64,000 nt of DNA from an uncultured Flavobacteriaceae bacterium (GCA_937959395.1 CALGLR010000055.1:9603-73602); one strand, 5' to 3'. Shown: positions 27,062-38,276, numbered from the stretch's first letter. Notes: generated by a model not told the origin, from the sequence alone. Numbers and translations are program-made.

Positions 27062-27706
27062 TTAGCTTGTAACTGTTTTGTACAAGATAATATAGGGGGA
27101 AATTTCAAGTGTGCAAAGATACAAAATAAAATAAAAAATATTCTTTTTAATTACAATTTGATTGCGTTTATAAAAAAAATAAAGTCCTACAGCATTAACT
27201 AGAAGTAAAAAAATCACTATTGAAATGATTCCTATTTGAGTTAATCTAACACTATAAACCAAGAAAATGTTTATTGGCAACAACAATATCCCTATAAAAT
27301 TACGGTAACTTATTTTTTGAAAAATATAGTCATTAACTATTCCTTCTATATCTAATGCACTACTCAATAATCGCTCTGTTAGCACTTTTATAAGAAAAAA
27401 AACGCCTATGACTATGGTAAACTTAAAAATATTAAATTGACTTATACTTCCAGTATTAGTAATAAACCCCCAAGACAGGTAGCAAAAAACACCTAAACCT
27501 ATAATTAAATTACTAAAAAGTAACGCTTCAAAAGTATCTAAAAACTTTTGCTCACGAGAAAATACTTTAACATACCTAAAGTTAATTAGTAATAAAGTAA
27601 ATTCTTTAAAACGTTTAGAATAAACAATTTTTGTTATCGTTAATAATAATAAACAAATAACAAATAATATTGTAAAAATCTCTGTTGATGTTATAGTTCT
27701 TAACAT
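27062..27706 (-). CDS. DUF4271-like polytopic membrane protein
   Basis: 214 aa, about 6 TM helices, positioned upstream of the HemD-like gene. Confidence 0.5.
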   Translation of the reverse strand: MLRTITSTEIFTILFVICLLLLTITKIVYSKRFKEFTLLLINFRYVKVFSREQKFLDTFEALLFSNLIIGLGVFCYLSWGFITNTGSISQFNIFKFTIVIGVFFLIKVLTERLLSSALDIEGIVNDYIFQKISYRNFIGILLLPINIFLVYSVRLTQIGIISIVIFLLLVNAVGLYFFYKRNQIVIKKNIFYFILYLCTLEISPYIILYKTVTS

Positions 27707-27873
27707 GGCATAAAATTATTACAATTATTTATAGATCACACACAAATTATTAAGGAATATTTAAAAAAAAGTAATACTCAAATATGTACATTTGCTTAAA
27801 ATTCAAAGTTTTTAATCGAAACGTAGTATTTCGATTTTTAACTTAGCAACTAAAGAGAGAGACTTTTAAACAA

Positions 27874-28596
27874 ATGAAAGACGCTATAGTCATCATTCCA
27901 ACTTATAATGAGATTGAAAACATTGAGGCTATTATTAATGCTGTATTCTCATTGTCAAAAACCTTTGATGTACTAGTGGTAGATGACAACTCTCCCGATT
28001 TAACTGGAGAAGCCGTAAAATTACTTCAAAAAAAATACCCATACCAATTGTTTTTAGAATCACGAACCGAAAAATCTGGTTTAGGAACTGCTTACATTCA
28101 TGGTTTTAAATGGTCCTTAGAAAACAACTATCAATATATTTTTGAAATGGATGCCGATTTTTCGCATAATCCAAAAGATTTAATTAGACTTTACAATACG
28201 TGTCATATTGAAAAGGCAGACATTGCCATTGGCTCACGTTACATTAAAGGCGTTAACGTCGTAAACTGGCCTCTTAGCAGGGTTATACTATCCTATGGAG
28301 CTTCTATATATGTTAGATTAATTACAGGAATGAAAATTAAGGATACAACTGCTGGTTTCATATGCTATAAAAGGCACGTATTAGAGGCTTTAAATTTAGA
28401 TGAAATTAAATTTGCTGGTTATGCTTTCCAAATAGAAATGAAATTCAAAGCTTACTTAAAACAATTTACAATAAAAGAAATACCAGTTATATTTACAGAT
28501 CGAGTTAAAGGAGAATCTAAATTAAGTTCAGGAATTATTTCTGAAGCTATTTTTGGCGTCATAAAAATGCGATTTAATAGCTTATTTCAAAAATAA
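27874..28596 (+). CDS. polyprenol/dolichol-phosphate mannosyltransferase (GT2)
   Basis: VIIPTYNE..VVDDNSPD..EMDADFSH motifs. Confidence 0.8.
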   Translation: MKDAIVIIPTYNEIENIEAIINAVFSLSKTFDVLVVDDNSPDLTGEAVKLLQKKYPYQLFLESRTEKSGLGTAYIHGFKWSLENNYQYIFEMDADFSHNPKDLIRLYNTCHIEKADIAIGSRYIKGVNVVNWPLSRVILSYGASIYVRLITGMKIKDTTAGFICYKRHVLEALNLDEIKFAGYAFQIEMKFKAYLKQFTIKEIPVIFTDRVKGESKLSSGIISEAIFGVIKMRFNSLFQK

Positions 28597-28605
28597 AAAA
28601 GGATT

Positions 28606-29952
28606 ATGGAGCAGAAAAAAACACTTATTAAAAATGCCAAAATTGTAAATGAAGGTTCAATTTTTAATGGAGATATATTAATTGAAGGAGAGCATATTGT
28701 TAAGATTGCAGAATCAATCCCTTCTAAATCTGCTGATATAACTATTGTAGATGCTGAAGGTAATTATGTTTTCCCTGGAATTATAGATGATCAAGTACAC
28801 TTTAGAGAACCTGGACTTACTCATAAAGGGAATATCAAAAGTGAGTCTAGAGCTGCAATTGCTGGAGGTATTACTTCTTTTATTGAAATGCCAAATACAA
28901 ACCCTCAAGCAACAACCATAGAAGAATTAGATAAAAAATTCGACACCGCTTCTCAAACCGCCTACGCAAATTATTCATTTATGTTTGGAGGCACAAACGA
29001 TAATTTAGACGAAATTTTAAAAGTAGATCCAAAAAAGGTAGCGGCTCTAAAACTATTTTTAGGTTCTTCTACTGGAAATATGCTTGTAGATGATCCAGAG
29101 GTTATTGAAAACATATTCTCTAATACCGATTTATTAATTGCTGTGCATTGCGAAGATGAAACAACAATAAAAGCAAACACCGAAAAATATATTAATCAAT
29201 TTGGTGAAGATATACCCATAAAATACCATCCAATTATTAGAAGTGAAGAGGCTTGTTATTTATCATCTTCAAAAGCCATTGAGTTAGCAAAAAAAACAGG
29301 AGCTAGACTTCATGTTTTTCATTTATCGACTGGAAAAGAAACACAATTGTTTTCTAATAAAATACCCCTTGCCGAAAAGAAGATTACAGCAGAAGTATGT
29401 ATCCATCATTTATGGTTTTGCGATGAAGATTATGATGAAAAAGGCACCTTCATTAAATGGAACCCAGCCGTAAAAACAGCTAACGATAGAGATTTATTGC
29501 TAAAGGCGCTTCTAGATGATCGTATTGATGTTATTGCTACAGATCATGCACCACATACTCTTGAAGAAAAAAACAACACATACACTAAAGCCCCCTCTGG
29601 TGGCCCATTAGTACAACATGCATTACCAGCTATATTAGAAATGCACCACCAAGGTAAAATTTCGATAGAAAAAATAGTAGAAAAAATGTGCCATAACCCA
29701 GCTATTTTATTTCAAATTGAAAAACGAGGTTATGTAAAAGAAGGTTATTTTGCCGATTTAGTTATTGTAAACCTTAATCACCCATGGACTGTAAAAAAAA
29801 ATAATATCCTATATAAATGTGGATGGTCTCCATTTGAAGGCAACACCTTTAAATCAAGAATATCTCACACTTTTGTAAATGGAAATTTAGCATTTTCTAA
29901 TTTTAAAATTAATGAAAACAGATATGCTAAACAACTAACCTTTAATAGATGA
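28606..29952 (+). CDS. pyrC: dihydroorotase
   Basis: PGIIDDQVHFREPG metal site, ATDHAPH motif, ~448 aa class I type. Confidence 0.85.
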   Translation: MEQKKTLIKNAKIVNEGSIFNGDILIEGEHIVKIAESIPSKSADITIVDAEGNYVFPGIIDDQVHFREPGLTHKGNIKSESRAAIAGGITSFIEMPNTNPQATTIEELDKKFDTASQTAYANYSFMFGGTNDNLDEILKVDPKKVAALKLFLGSSTGNMLVDDPEVIENIFSNTDLLIAVHCEDETTIKANTEKYINQFGEDIPIKYHPIIRSEEACYLSSSKAIELAKKTGARLHVFHLSTGKETQLFSNKIPLAEKKITAEVCIHHLWFCDEDYDEKGTFIKWNPAVKTANDRDLLLKALLDDRIDVIATDHAPHTLEEKNNTYTKAPSGGPLVQHALPAILEMHHQGKISIEKIVEKMCHNPAILFQIEKRGYVKEGYFADLVIVNLNHPWTVKKNNILYKCGWSPFEGNTFKSRISHTFVNGNLAFSNFKINENRYAKQLTFNR

Positions 29953-30440
29953 AACTAAGATTTATATACCTATTCTTAATAGTACTTGTAACGTCTTGTT
30001 ATAAAATTGAGCGACCAGAAAAGCCTAAACATTTTATTACTAAAGATAAAATGATAGCTATTTTAGTAGATATTTCTTTAATAAATTCGGCTAAAAGCGT
30101 TAACAAGAAAGTAATAGAAAAAAACGGTATTATTCCTGACGAATACATATACAAAACACATGGGATAGACAGTGTTATTTTTGCTGAAAACAACGAATAC
30201 TACGCCTACAAAATAAGTGAATATCAAGACATATATACTAAAGTAAAAGACAGCCTAGACAAGCTAAAAAAGAAATATAAAGCGATAGAAGCTATAGAAA
30301 AAGCCAAGAAAGCTAAAAAAGATTCTATAAAAAAGGCAGGGAAAATCAAATCGAAACCGGAAAAACTTCAAAAAATAAAAGATATTAATAAAATCAAATC
30401 TTCAAATAAAAATGAAGACAACAAACACGAAGAAATGTGA
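29949..30440 (+). CDS. DUF4296-like lipoprotein with Lys-rich tail
   Basis: Lipobox LVTSC, 4-nt overlap with pyrC, Lys-rich low-complexity C-terminus. Confidence 0.45.
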   Translation: MKLRFIYLFLIVLVTSCYKIERPEKPKHFITKDKMIAILVDISLINSAKSVNKKVIEKNGIIPDEYIYKTHGIDSVIFAENNEYYAYKISEYQDIYTKVKDSLDKLKKKYKAIEAIEKAKKAKKDSIKKAGKIKSKPEKLQKIKDINKIKSSNKNEDNKHEEM

Positions 30441-30621
30441 CTTCGACTTCGCTCAGCCACCAAAACAACTTCGCTCAGCCAATGAAACAACTTCTCTCTG
30501 ACTCAAAATAATTCAATTATGATTGATTATAAAAATCTAACTAATTGGCCGCTCCTTAAATTCAATTTAGTTAATTGATTATCAGCAAAATAAGTTGTAT
30601 TTTTATTTATTTGCGTTGACT

Positions 30622-31638
30622 TTAATTGGTTTTATGTTCGTTTAAAAAATGTTTTGCTGTTATTTCTAAAACCTCATTTATTGGAGTAAATTTAAATTTA
30701 AGCGATTCGTTAATCTTAGTAGTATCATAAATTGATGTTATACACAATATTCTTGCTAAGTTCTTACTCAAAACACGTCGTTTACCAGTAAGTTTGTGTT
30801 TTAACCAGTCTGCTCTCCATGCCAAACTTAATAAACGCGGGGTGGCTTTCTTCTTTGGTGGATTCACCTTTAATAATTTAGCCACTTCAAAAATTAATGA
30901 TTTATAACTCCTATTTTCTGCAACCAAAATAAAACGCTCATTTACGATAGCGCTTTTCATTAATTCAATCATAGAATTAGCAACATCGTTTACAGATACA
31001 TATCCAACACTTCCAGAGGGATAATAATTAAGTCCATTGTTTATCTGCTTAAAAATACTACCACTACCATAATTCCAAATTCCTGGACCTAATATAACAC
31101 CTGGGTTAACTATTACAGCGTCTAAACCTTCTTGCGTCCCTCTCCAAACTTCTAATTCCGCCCCATACTTAGTAATTCCATAAACATTATTTTCTGCTTC
31201 AGGGTCCCAAGCAGTAGTTTCTGTTATTTTTTGATTTTTTTTAGGCTCTCCAATAGCCGCAACACTACTTATGTAACATAATTTTTTAATCTTATTACTA
31301 ATACACAAATTCACAATGTTTGCAGTACCTTCAATATTTGTTATTCTTAAAAGTTCAAATTTATTAGGCTCAAAAGAAACAAATGCTGCACAATGATAAA
31401 CATATGTAACTCCAATAAAAGCATTTTCCAACAAAGGAATATCATTAAGATCTGCTTTAACCCATTCTATTTTCGAAAATAAATCATCAACATTTTCAGT
31501 GTAATAAGAAAAAATTCGCTTAACTACTTCTAATTTTTTTTCTTGCCTATAAATAGCGCGAACCGACTTCTTACTCTCTAATAGTTTGAATAGCAAATGA
31601 GCACCTACAAATCCTGTTCCTCCTGTGATTAAAATCAT
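30622..31638 (-). CDS. NAD-dependent epimerase/dehydratase (SDR) family protein
   Basis: ITGGTGFVGAHL Rossmann motif and YGITK catalytic YxxxK. Confidence 0.75.
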   Translation of the reverse strand: MILITGGTGFVGAHLLFKLLESKKSVRAIYRQEKKLEVVKRIFSYYTENVDDLFSKIEWVKADLNDIPLLENAFIGVTYVYHCAAFVSFEPNKFELLRITNIEGTANIVNLCISNKIKKLCYISSVAAIGEPKKNQKITETTAWDPEAENNVYGITKYGAELEVWRGTQEGLDAVIVNPGVILGPGIWNYGSGSIFKQINNGLNYYPSGSVGYVSVNDVANSMIELMKSAIVNERFILVAENRSYKSLIFEVAKLLKVNPPKKKATPRLLSLAWRADWLKHKLTGKRRVLSKNLARILCITSIYDTTKINESLKFKFTPINEVLEITAKHFLNEHKTN

Positions 31639-31787
31639 GATACTAATGTAAAATTATCTATTATTGCATCCTAATTATGCATTGATTTTTATCTTTGCGT
31701 TTTTAACACCATTTCTAAATAGAAATTATCAATTTCATTCTATTCTAAAATGGCAAATAAATTTCTGAATTAAAATAACACGAAACA

Positions 31788-33098
31788 ATGGCTAACGAAT
31801 TTGTAGAGGAATTAAAGTGGAGAGGAATGGTACATGATATCATGCCAGGAACTGAAGAACAGTTAAATAAAGAAATGACATCGGCTTATATTGGTTTCGA
31901 TCCTACATCTGATTCTTTACATATTGGAAGTTTAGTTCCTATTATATTGTTAGTGCATTTAGAAAAAGCTGGACACAAACCTATTGCGCTTGTTGGAGGA
32001 GCTACGGGTATGATTGGTGATCCTTCAGGAAAAAGTGATGAACGTAATTTATTAGACGAAGCAACTCTTGCTCATAATGTGGCAGGAATTAAGAGTGTTT
32101 TATCTCGTTTTTTAGATTTTAATTCTACTAAAAAAAACGCACCTGTTTTAGTAAACAACTACGACTGGATGAAAAACTTCTCTTTTATTGATTTTGCTAG
32201 AGATGTTGGAAAGCGTATTACAGTAAACTACATGATGGCTAAAGATTCTGTAAAGAAACGTTTATCTGGAGAAGAAGGAAATATAGGAATGTCTTTTACT
32301 GAATTTACTTACCAGTTAATACAAGGTTACGATTTTTATCATTTACACAAAGTAATGTCTTGTAAATTACAAATGGGAGGCAGTGATCAATGGGGAAATA
32401 TAACGACAGGAACAGAATTGGTTAGACGAATGAATGTTGGTAATGAGGCAGCAAAAGCCTATGCTATGACTTGCCCTTTAATTACAAAAGCAGATGGTTC
32501 TAAATTTGGAAAAAGTGAAGGGGGAAACATCTGGCTAGATCCAAACAAAACTTCAATATATAAGTTTTATCAATTTTGGTTAAATACTAGTGATGAAGAT
32601 GCCGAAAAGTATATTAAAATATTTACCTTTTTAGACAAAGGCACCATTACTTCTATAGTAAAAGAACACAAAGAAACACCTCACCTTCGTCTTTTACAAA
32701 AACGTTTAGCCGAAGAAGTCACTACTTTTGTACATTCTAAAACTGATTATGAAAATGCAGTAAAAGCATCAACAATATTATTCAGCAAAGATTTTAAAAA
32801 TGATATTCAATCATTGGATGAAAACTTATTTTTAGATGTATTTGAAGGCGTACCTCAAGCAGAAATTTCTTTAATAGATTTAAATGATGGATTAGATATG
32901 ATTGCAGCATTATCTGCTAAAACTAATTTTTTAGGATCTAACGGGGAAGCTAGACGTGCATTAAAAGAAAACGCAGTTTCTGTTAATAAGACAAAGGTAA
33001 ATGACAGCTATACGCTTTCATCAAAAGATTTAATAAACGATAGATATATTATTTTAAATAAAGGAAAAAAGAACACTTATATTTTGAAAGTGGTTTAG
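31788..33098 (+). CDS. tyrS: tyrosine--tRNA ligase
   Basis: HIGS (HIGH) and KFGKS (KMSKS) class I motifs, C-terminal S4-like domain. Confidence 0.93.
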   Translation: MANEFVEELKWRGMVHDIMPGTEEQLNKEMTSAYIGFDPTSDSLHIGSLVPIILLVHLEKAGHKPIALVGGATGMIGDPSGKSDERNLLDEATLAHNVAGIKSVLSRFLDFNSTKKNAPVLVNNYDWMKNFSFIDFARDVGKRITVNYMMAKDSVKKRLSGEEGNIGMSFTEFTYQLIQGYDFYHLHKVMSCKLQMGGSDQWGNITTGTELVRRMNVGNEAAKAYAMTCPLITKADGSKFGKSEGGNIWLDPNKTSIYKFYQFWLNTSDEDAEKYIKIFTFLDKGTITSIVKEHKETPHLRLLQKRLAEEVTTFVHSKTDYENAVKASTILFSKDFKNDIQSLDENLFLDVFEGVPQAEISLIDLNDGLDMIAALSAKTNFLGSNGEARRALKENAVSVNKTKVNDSYTLSSKDLINDRYIILNKGKKNTYILKVV

Positions 33099-33175
33099 GT
33101 TTGAAATTTGACTATTGATGTTTTAGCATTAATGATAAGTCACGGTCATAAACTATTGAAAAAACACTAATTAAA

Positions 33176-33415
33176 TCATGGGTTTATTTCATTGCGAATA
33201 ATACCTGACTCAAAAAGTTCTTTGAACAAATCAAATTGCTCTTTTGACAGATTGAGTTTTTCTCGATCTAAAATATTTTGAGTTTTTTTTAATAGCTTAG
33301 TTTGATATTCTGTTCGTTTATCTTCATTCAAAACAGATAATAATGCATCCATTTGAACTCTTAAAACTGCAATTACAGCTTGATTTCCAATTTTACTAAC
33401 TTCTTCATTATTCAT
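33176..33415 (-). CDS. hypothetical helical protein (79 aa)
   Basis: Uninterrupted ORF in AT-rich DNA. No family recognised. A plus-strand terminator just beyond its start raises some doubt. Confidence 0.4.
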   Translation of the reverse strand: MNNEEVSKIGNQAVIAVLRVQMDALLSVLNEDKRTEYQTKLLKKTQNILDREKLNLSKEQFDLFKELFESGIIRNEINP

Positions 33416-33459
33416 ATATAATTTTTAACTAATTTAATAAATTAATTGTTTCAGCTGCC

Positions 33460-33488
33460 AATGTTGGTGTTTTTCACCAACATTTTTT
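33460..33488 (+). terminator. plus-strand intrinsic terminator hairpin
   Basis: AATGTTGGTG-TTTTT-CACCAACATT followed by TTTT. Confidence 0.55.
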
Positions 33489-33759
33489 CAATATTAAACT
33501 TTCACGAACAAGAAGAGGTGTCTAAATAATTCGGTGCAATCGGCAATATTGCGCTTAGAAACACATGATGTGAAATTTAGGTATAATTCATGGGATCCCA
33601 CCTGGGGCGGAATTAATTCAACCAGCTTTGTTTCTTTCTCGCTTTGCGCTTGGAAATAAAGAGCTTCACTAAAAGGGAGAAGCCTGCAAGCAACTAAGCA
33701 ATACAGGCTTCAAGTAATTAGTCAACCAACTAAAAACTAACTTTAAATATTTTAACTAA

Positions 33760-34218
33760 CTAATCTGTTTTAGAAATTGTTTTCCATAAACGATCAGCCT
33801 TTTCTTTTAATTCATCTGGGTTATTTTCTCGCCATGATTCTAAGGTATTTACTCCCCAAGAATTATAAAACAAATAGAGTTTACCATCTCTAATCTCAAA
33901 AGTTTCAGGATCTACTGATACTTTTTTTCCTTTTTCAGCAATTGCATAAGCACAATAACCTCCATATTGAGGCAAATACTTATCGGGATTGGCTTTAAAT
34001 TTGATTAAATTTTCTTGTGAAGAAAACTTAAATTTTAAGCCGCGCAAATATAGTGTATTTTTTTCATCCCCTATCTCTGGTTTATTAGAAAAATAAGAAA
34101 TTAAATCATATCCTTCTGCAACAAATCCTTTTTTTGTATTAAAATCTACATAAGGCTCTTCACTTTGAGCTTGAAGAGATAAACTTCCTATAAAAAAAGC
34201 GATAAAAAATAACTTCAT
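33760..34218 (-). CDS. YHS domain-containing secreted protein
   Basis: Signal peptide, GYDLISYF...FKFSSQENLIKFKANPDKYLPQYGGYCAY pattern. Cys occupies the position that is Sec in selenoprotein versions (from memory). Confidence 0.6.
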   Translation of the reverse strand: MKLFFIAFFIGSLSLQAQSEEPYVDFNTKKGFVAEGYDLISYFSNKPEIGDEKNTLYLRGLKFKFSSQENLIKFKANPDKYLPQYGGYCAYAIAEKGKKVSVDPETFEIRDGKLYLFYNSWGVNTLESWRENNPDELKEKADRLWKTISKTD

Positions 34219-34265
34219 TCTCCCATAGTCTAAGTTAATTTAAAATCATTACAAAATTGTTAAAA

Positions 34266-35246
34266 TTATATTAACAATAAATTACAACCTCTTAAATCAC
34301 TAGTATCAAAGCGTCCTAAAATTTCATGTTTTGTAGAGCTTAACTTCCTTCCCAAATCTTGAGTTGCAATAAAAGAACAAGAATTAATATTTGCTAAGTC
34401 TATAATATTAATCCCTCCCGTTTTTTTATCTTTTTGAAGTGTTAATGCATCTTCTGGATCTCTAATTAGTATTTTCATCCAATTCGGACAATTAAAAACC
34501 CCTTCTCCCATAGAATAACCTTGACTTAAGAGTTCTGTCATTCCATATTCACTATGTATGTGATTCACCCCAAATCCTTTTTTTAGAATATCATGTAGTT
34601 CTTCACGAATAAGCTCTTTTCTTCTTCCTTTCATCCCGCCAGTTTCCATAATAACAGTCGTGTTTAAATTAAATTTAAACTGCTCAACTAAATCTAAAAG
34701 AGCAAAAGAGACACCAATAAGCAACACTTTTTTTCCTTCTGAATCTAATCTTAATAAAGTGTTTTTCAATTCTAAAAAATTATCTAAATAAAACCCGCTT
34801 TCTGGCTGTTTAGATTGTTTTATTAGAGCGTCTACCATGTAGATTAATGAAGAGCCTTCTCGTTCTAAATAACTAGGCAACAATGCTAAAATCACATAAT
34901 CTTCGCTATTTCCATAAAATTGATTAAAACTTTTATTAAAGCTTTTCTCATAAAGACCAAGATCTGTAACATAGTGATTACTTACTTGAGCTCCCGTTGT
35001 TCCACTACTAGTAAATGTTTTAAGTATGGTTTCTTTACTACTAACTACGTGATGTGTTTTAAAAAACTGAATTGGCAAAAACGGAATATCTTCTACCCTA
35101 TTTATATCACTAGGGTTTTTATATAGCAAATCGCAAAAAGAACGGTACACCCTATTATTCTCAAACTGATATTGAAAAACCTCTAGAGCCAATTTATTAA
35201 AATTAGCATCTGTGTTTATATTAAAAATAGCGTCTGTATCAAACAT
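34266..35246 (-). CDS. LuxE/PaaK-like acyl-protein synthetase / acyltransferase
   Basis: TSSGTTG adenylate-forming motif, ~326 aa. Confidence 0.55.
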   Translation of the reverse strand: MFDTDAIFNINTDANFNKLALEVFQYQFENNRVYRSFCDLLYKNPSDINRVEDIPFLPIQFFKTHHVVSSKETILKTFTSSGTTGAQVSNHYVTDLGLYEKSFNKSFNQFYGNSEDYVILALLPSYLEREGSSLIYMVDALIKQSKQPESGFYLDNFLELKNTLLRLDSEGKKVLLIGVSFALLDLVEQFKFNLNTTVIMETGGMKGRRKELIREELHDILKKGFGVNHIHSEYGMTELLSQGYSMGEGVFNCPNWMKILIRDPEDALTLQKDKKTGGINIIDLANINSCSFIATQDLGRKLSSTKHEILGRFDTSDLRGCNLLLI

Positions 35247-35307
35247 GTATTACAAAAGTATAGAAAATAAAAAGAGGCTGTCTAAAAAGTTAAAAACATA
35301 GCTAAAT

Positions 35308-35378
35308 GTCTGGTTGAGCGCAGTCGAAACCTACTAATTATCAATAGATCTTTAGTTCTCGACTGCGCTCGAACGGAC
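35308..35378. repeat. palindromic GAGCGCAGTC-box element
   Basis: GTCTGGTTGAGCGCAGTCG...CGACTGCGCTCGAACGGAC. Same family as 18665-18728. Confidence 0.65.
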
Positions 35379-35430
35379 AGAAATAATACTTTTAAGACAG
35401 CCCCTTTTAAAAAAATTAATATGTAATGCG

Positions 35431-36285
35431 TTATTTAATTATTAATCGCTTAACCACAGAAGCATTATTCTGCGAAACTTTCAATAGGTAAATACCACTA
35501 TTTAAACTAGAAACATCTAAACGATTACCAGTTAAAACTTCTGACATCACTTGTTTACCTAATAGGTCGTAAATAGTTATATCTACTAGGTTCTCAAATC
35601 CAGTTTCAACAATTACGATATCTCTTGCCGGATTTGGATAAATACGAATCTCTGAAGCCTGAAAAGTTTCATTAGATAAAACAATATCGTAATTTCCAAT
35701 TCCTCCCATTATAGTTTCAAATGTCTCAGATCCACCTTGGCAAACTCCTAACTCATTTAATGTAGAAACACTAGGAATCATCCAATTAGACATCGTAAAA
35801 GTTCCATCTGGTAACGTTCCATTTATTCTTCTCGCATAAGAATCTTTATATTCCCATAAAGAAGCTGTACCATCTACTCCATCAATTCCATATTGATCAA
35901 TAACCATTGAAGTTGTTGTTTCTATAATTCTAATTCGATCATCTCCATTTAGATTCATTACTCCAGAGATCAAAACTGGAGAAGATAAAGCTGAAGGAAA
36001 TTCAGATTCAAAAGCAACATCACTAGTAGACGTTGTAACATATACAAAACCGTCTGTCACTATTCCAAAAGAAGATAAATCTGTTGTGCTTCCCCAATCG
36101 GTATTAGCATTAGTTTGATTTTCTAAAGAAAATAAAGAAAAATCAACCGTTCCTTTAGCAAAAATCTCTAAAAGCTTAGGGGTTCCACCTGCACAATCCC
36201 CGTCTACTATTGCAGTTAGTATTGGCGTTTGACCATAAGAAATACTTACCATCAAAAATGTAAACAAAAAGTAAATTTTTTTCAT
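35431..36285 (-). CDS. secreted protein with T9SS type A C-terminal sorting domain
   Basis: Signal peptide plus C-terminal IYPNPARDIV...GIYLLKV...KRLIIK motif. Confidence 0.7.
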   Translation of the reverse strand: MKKIYFLFTFLMVSISYGQTPILTAIVDGDCAGGTPKLLEIFAKGTVDFSLFSLENQTNANTDWGSTTDLSSFGIVTDGFVYVTTSTSDVAFESEFPSALSSPVLISGVMNLNGDDRIRIIETTTSMVIDQYGIDGVDGTASLWEYKDSYARRINGTLPDGTFTMSNWMIPSVSTLNELGVCQGGSETFETIMGGIGNYDIVLSNETFQASEIRIYPNPARDIVIVETGFENLVDITIYDLLGKQVMSEVLTGNRLDVSSLNSGIYLLKVSQNNASVVKRLIIK

Positions 36286-36525
36286 AATATATAAGTTTGA
36301 ATTTAACCCAACAAATATACATTAGATAACACATCTAAACACTTTCATTACATGAATTTTATATAAATTTAATGATATAGTAATAAAGCTTTGAATACAA
36401 AAAAACAATCTTTTGTTTTTAACCTCTTTAAGACACAGTATGTTATAGAATTGTTATCATTTCACATCACCTTTAATCTTAAGGGATTAGTCTTATCTTT
36501 ACAGTATTAAAAGTGATGAATTTCT

Positions 36526-37209
36526 ATGAATAAGAATGATATAAAGATTTTATTAGTAGATGATGAACCAGACATCCTAGAGATTGTAGGTTATAACCTT
36601 TCTAGTGAAGGGTATCAAATAATTACTGCCGAAAACGGATTCGAAGCAGTAAAAAAAGCTAAAAAACACAAACCTCAACTTATCATTTTAGATGTGATGA
36701 TGCCAGAAATGGATGGGATTGAAGCTTGCGAAAAAATTCGTAAAATACCAGAATTAAGCAGTACTATAATCACTTTTTTAACCGCTCGAGGAGAAGATTA
36801 CTCTCAAGTAGCTGGTTTCGATGCTGGAGCAGATGATTATATTACCAAACCCATTAAACCCAAAGTGTTAACGAGCAAAGTAAAAGCACTTTTAAGACGT
36901 TTAAAAGAAGATGATTCCTCTTCTAATATTATTAAAGTAGGTAATTTAACTATAAATAGAGACGAATATAAAATTGTTCTTAATGAAGAAGAAATTATAC
37001 TTCCTAGAAAAGAATTTGAACTTCTATCATTACTCGCTTCTAGACCTGGAAAAGTATTTAAACGAGAAGATATTTTAGACAAAGTATGGGGAAACGAAGT
37101 TATCGTTGGAGGACGTACTATAGATGTTCACATTCGCAAACTTCGTGAAAAAATTGGAGACGATTGTTTTAAAACCGTAAAAGGAGTAGGTTATAAATTT
37201 GTAAATTAG
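36526..37209 (+). CDS. OmpR/PhoB-family response regulator
   Basis: ILLVDDEPDI, LIILDVMMPEMDG, and a winged-helix C-terminus (GYKF). Confidence 0.9.
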   Translation: MNKNDIKILLVDDEPDILEIVGYNLSSEGYQIITAENGFEAVKKAKKHKPQLIILDVMMPEMDGIEACEKIRKIPELSSTIITFLTARGEDYSQVAGFDAGADDYITKPIKPKVLTSKVKALLRRLKEDDSSSNIIKVGNLTINRDEYKIVLNEEEIILPRKEFELLSLLASRPGKVFKREDILDKVWGNEVIVGGRTIDVHIRKLREKIGDDCFKTVKGVGYKFVN

Positions 37210-37238
37210 CCCAATAGAATTTTACCTATTACACATCC

Positions 37239-38276
37239 TTGAAACTTACAAGAACATATCGCTTTGCAATAAAGACATCGTTTTATATCACTTTGTTTTT
37301 AGCGCTTTTAATGGGGCTATTCTTATCTGTTTTTTATCACCTTGAAATTGTTCCTTTAATCGTATTTACAATTGTATGTTATTTTATATGCTTTGTAATA
37401 ATTCAAATTCGTGTCGAACGCTTTATTTACCGCAGAGTTAAAAATATTTATGATGATCTTAAACTTTTAGAATCTGCAAATTTCACTAAAGAAAGTATTA
37501 CGACAGACATGGGTACACTTACTCAAGAGATCGATAAATATGCTAGAAATAAAAAACTAGAAATTGAAACCCTAAAAGTAAGAGAAGAGTATCGAAAAGA
37601 GTTTTTAGGGAATGTTTCTCATGAATTAAAAACCCCTCTATTTACAGTTCAAGGTTATATTCTTACACTACTAGACGGTGGTTTAAATGACCCTAAGGTT
37701 CTTGAAAAATATTTAGGTCGTGCAAATAAAGGTGTAGAACGATTAATTTATATCGTTAAAGACCTAGATATGATTACGAAGCTTGAAGTAGGCGATTTAA
37801 GCTTAAATATTGAGAAATTCGATATTATTGATCTGGTGAAGAATGTTTTTGAACTTTTCGAGATGAAAGCATCAAAAAAAGAAATTACATTAACTTTTGA
37901 TAGACATTATGAAACACCTGTATATGTTAATGCAGATCAAGAACGTATTCAACAAATACTTTCTAATTTAATAGTAAACTCTATAAAATATGGGAGTGAG
38001 AGAGGAACTACTGAAATTAGCATAGAAAATTTAATAAAAAACAAGGTTATTGTTAGAGTAACAGATAATGGAGAAGGTATTGAAGCAGAAAACATTCCGC
38101 GTTTATTTGAACGTTTCTATCGAGTAGATAAAAGTGGTTCTAGAAAAGAAGGTGGTTCAGGTTTAGGACTGGCAATTGTAAAACATATTATTGAAGCGCA
38201 TGATGAGCGTATTTATGTAGAAAGCGAATATAATGTGGGTAGTGAATTTTCATTTACTCTCGAAAAAAGTAAATAG
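37239..38276 (+). CDS. sensor histidine kinase (HisKA/PhoR-like)
   Basis: TTG start, 2 TM helices, H-box FLGNVSHELKTPL, N/G boxes (DNGEGI, GGSGLGLAIV). Confidence 0.85.
   Translation: MKLTRTYRFAIKTSFYITLFLALLMGLFLSVFYHLEIVPLIVFTIVCYFICFVIIQIRVERFIYRRVKNIYDDLKLLESANFTKESITTDMGTLTQEIDKYARNKKLEIETLKVREEYRKEFLGNVSHELKTPLFTVQGYILTLLDGGLNDPKVLEKYLGRANKGVERLIYIVKDLDMITKLEVGDLSLNIEKFDIIDLVKNVFELFEMKASKKEITLTFDRHYETPVYVNADQERIQQILSNLIVNSIKYGSERGTTEISIENLIKNKVIVRVTDNGEGIEAENIPRLFERFYRVDKSGSRKEGGSGLGLAIVKHIIEAHDERIYVESEYNVGSEFSFTLEKSK

Noticed and set aside
31639-31787. Possible T-box or other leader upstream of tyrS
   Set aside because: I could find no specifier hairpin, T-box consensus or terminator/antiterminator pair. 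T-box leaders are not expected in this phylum.
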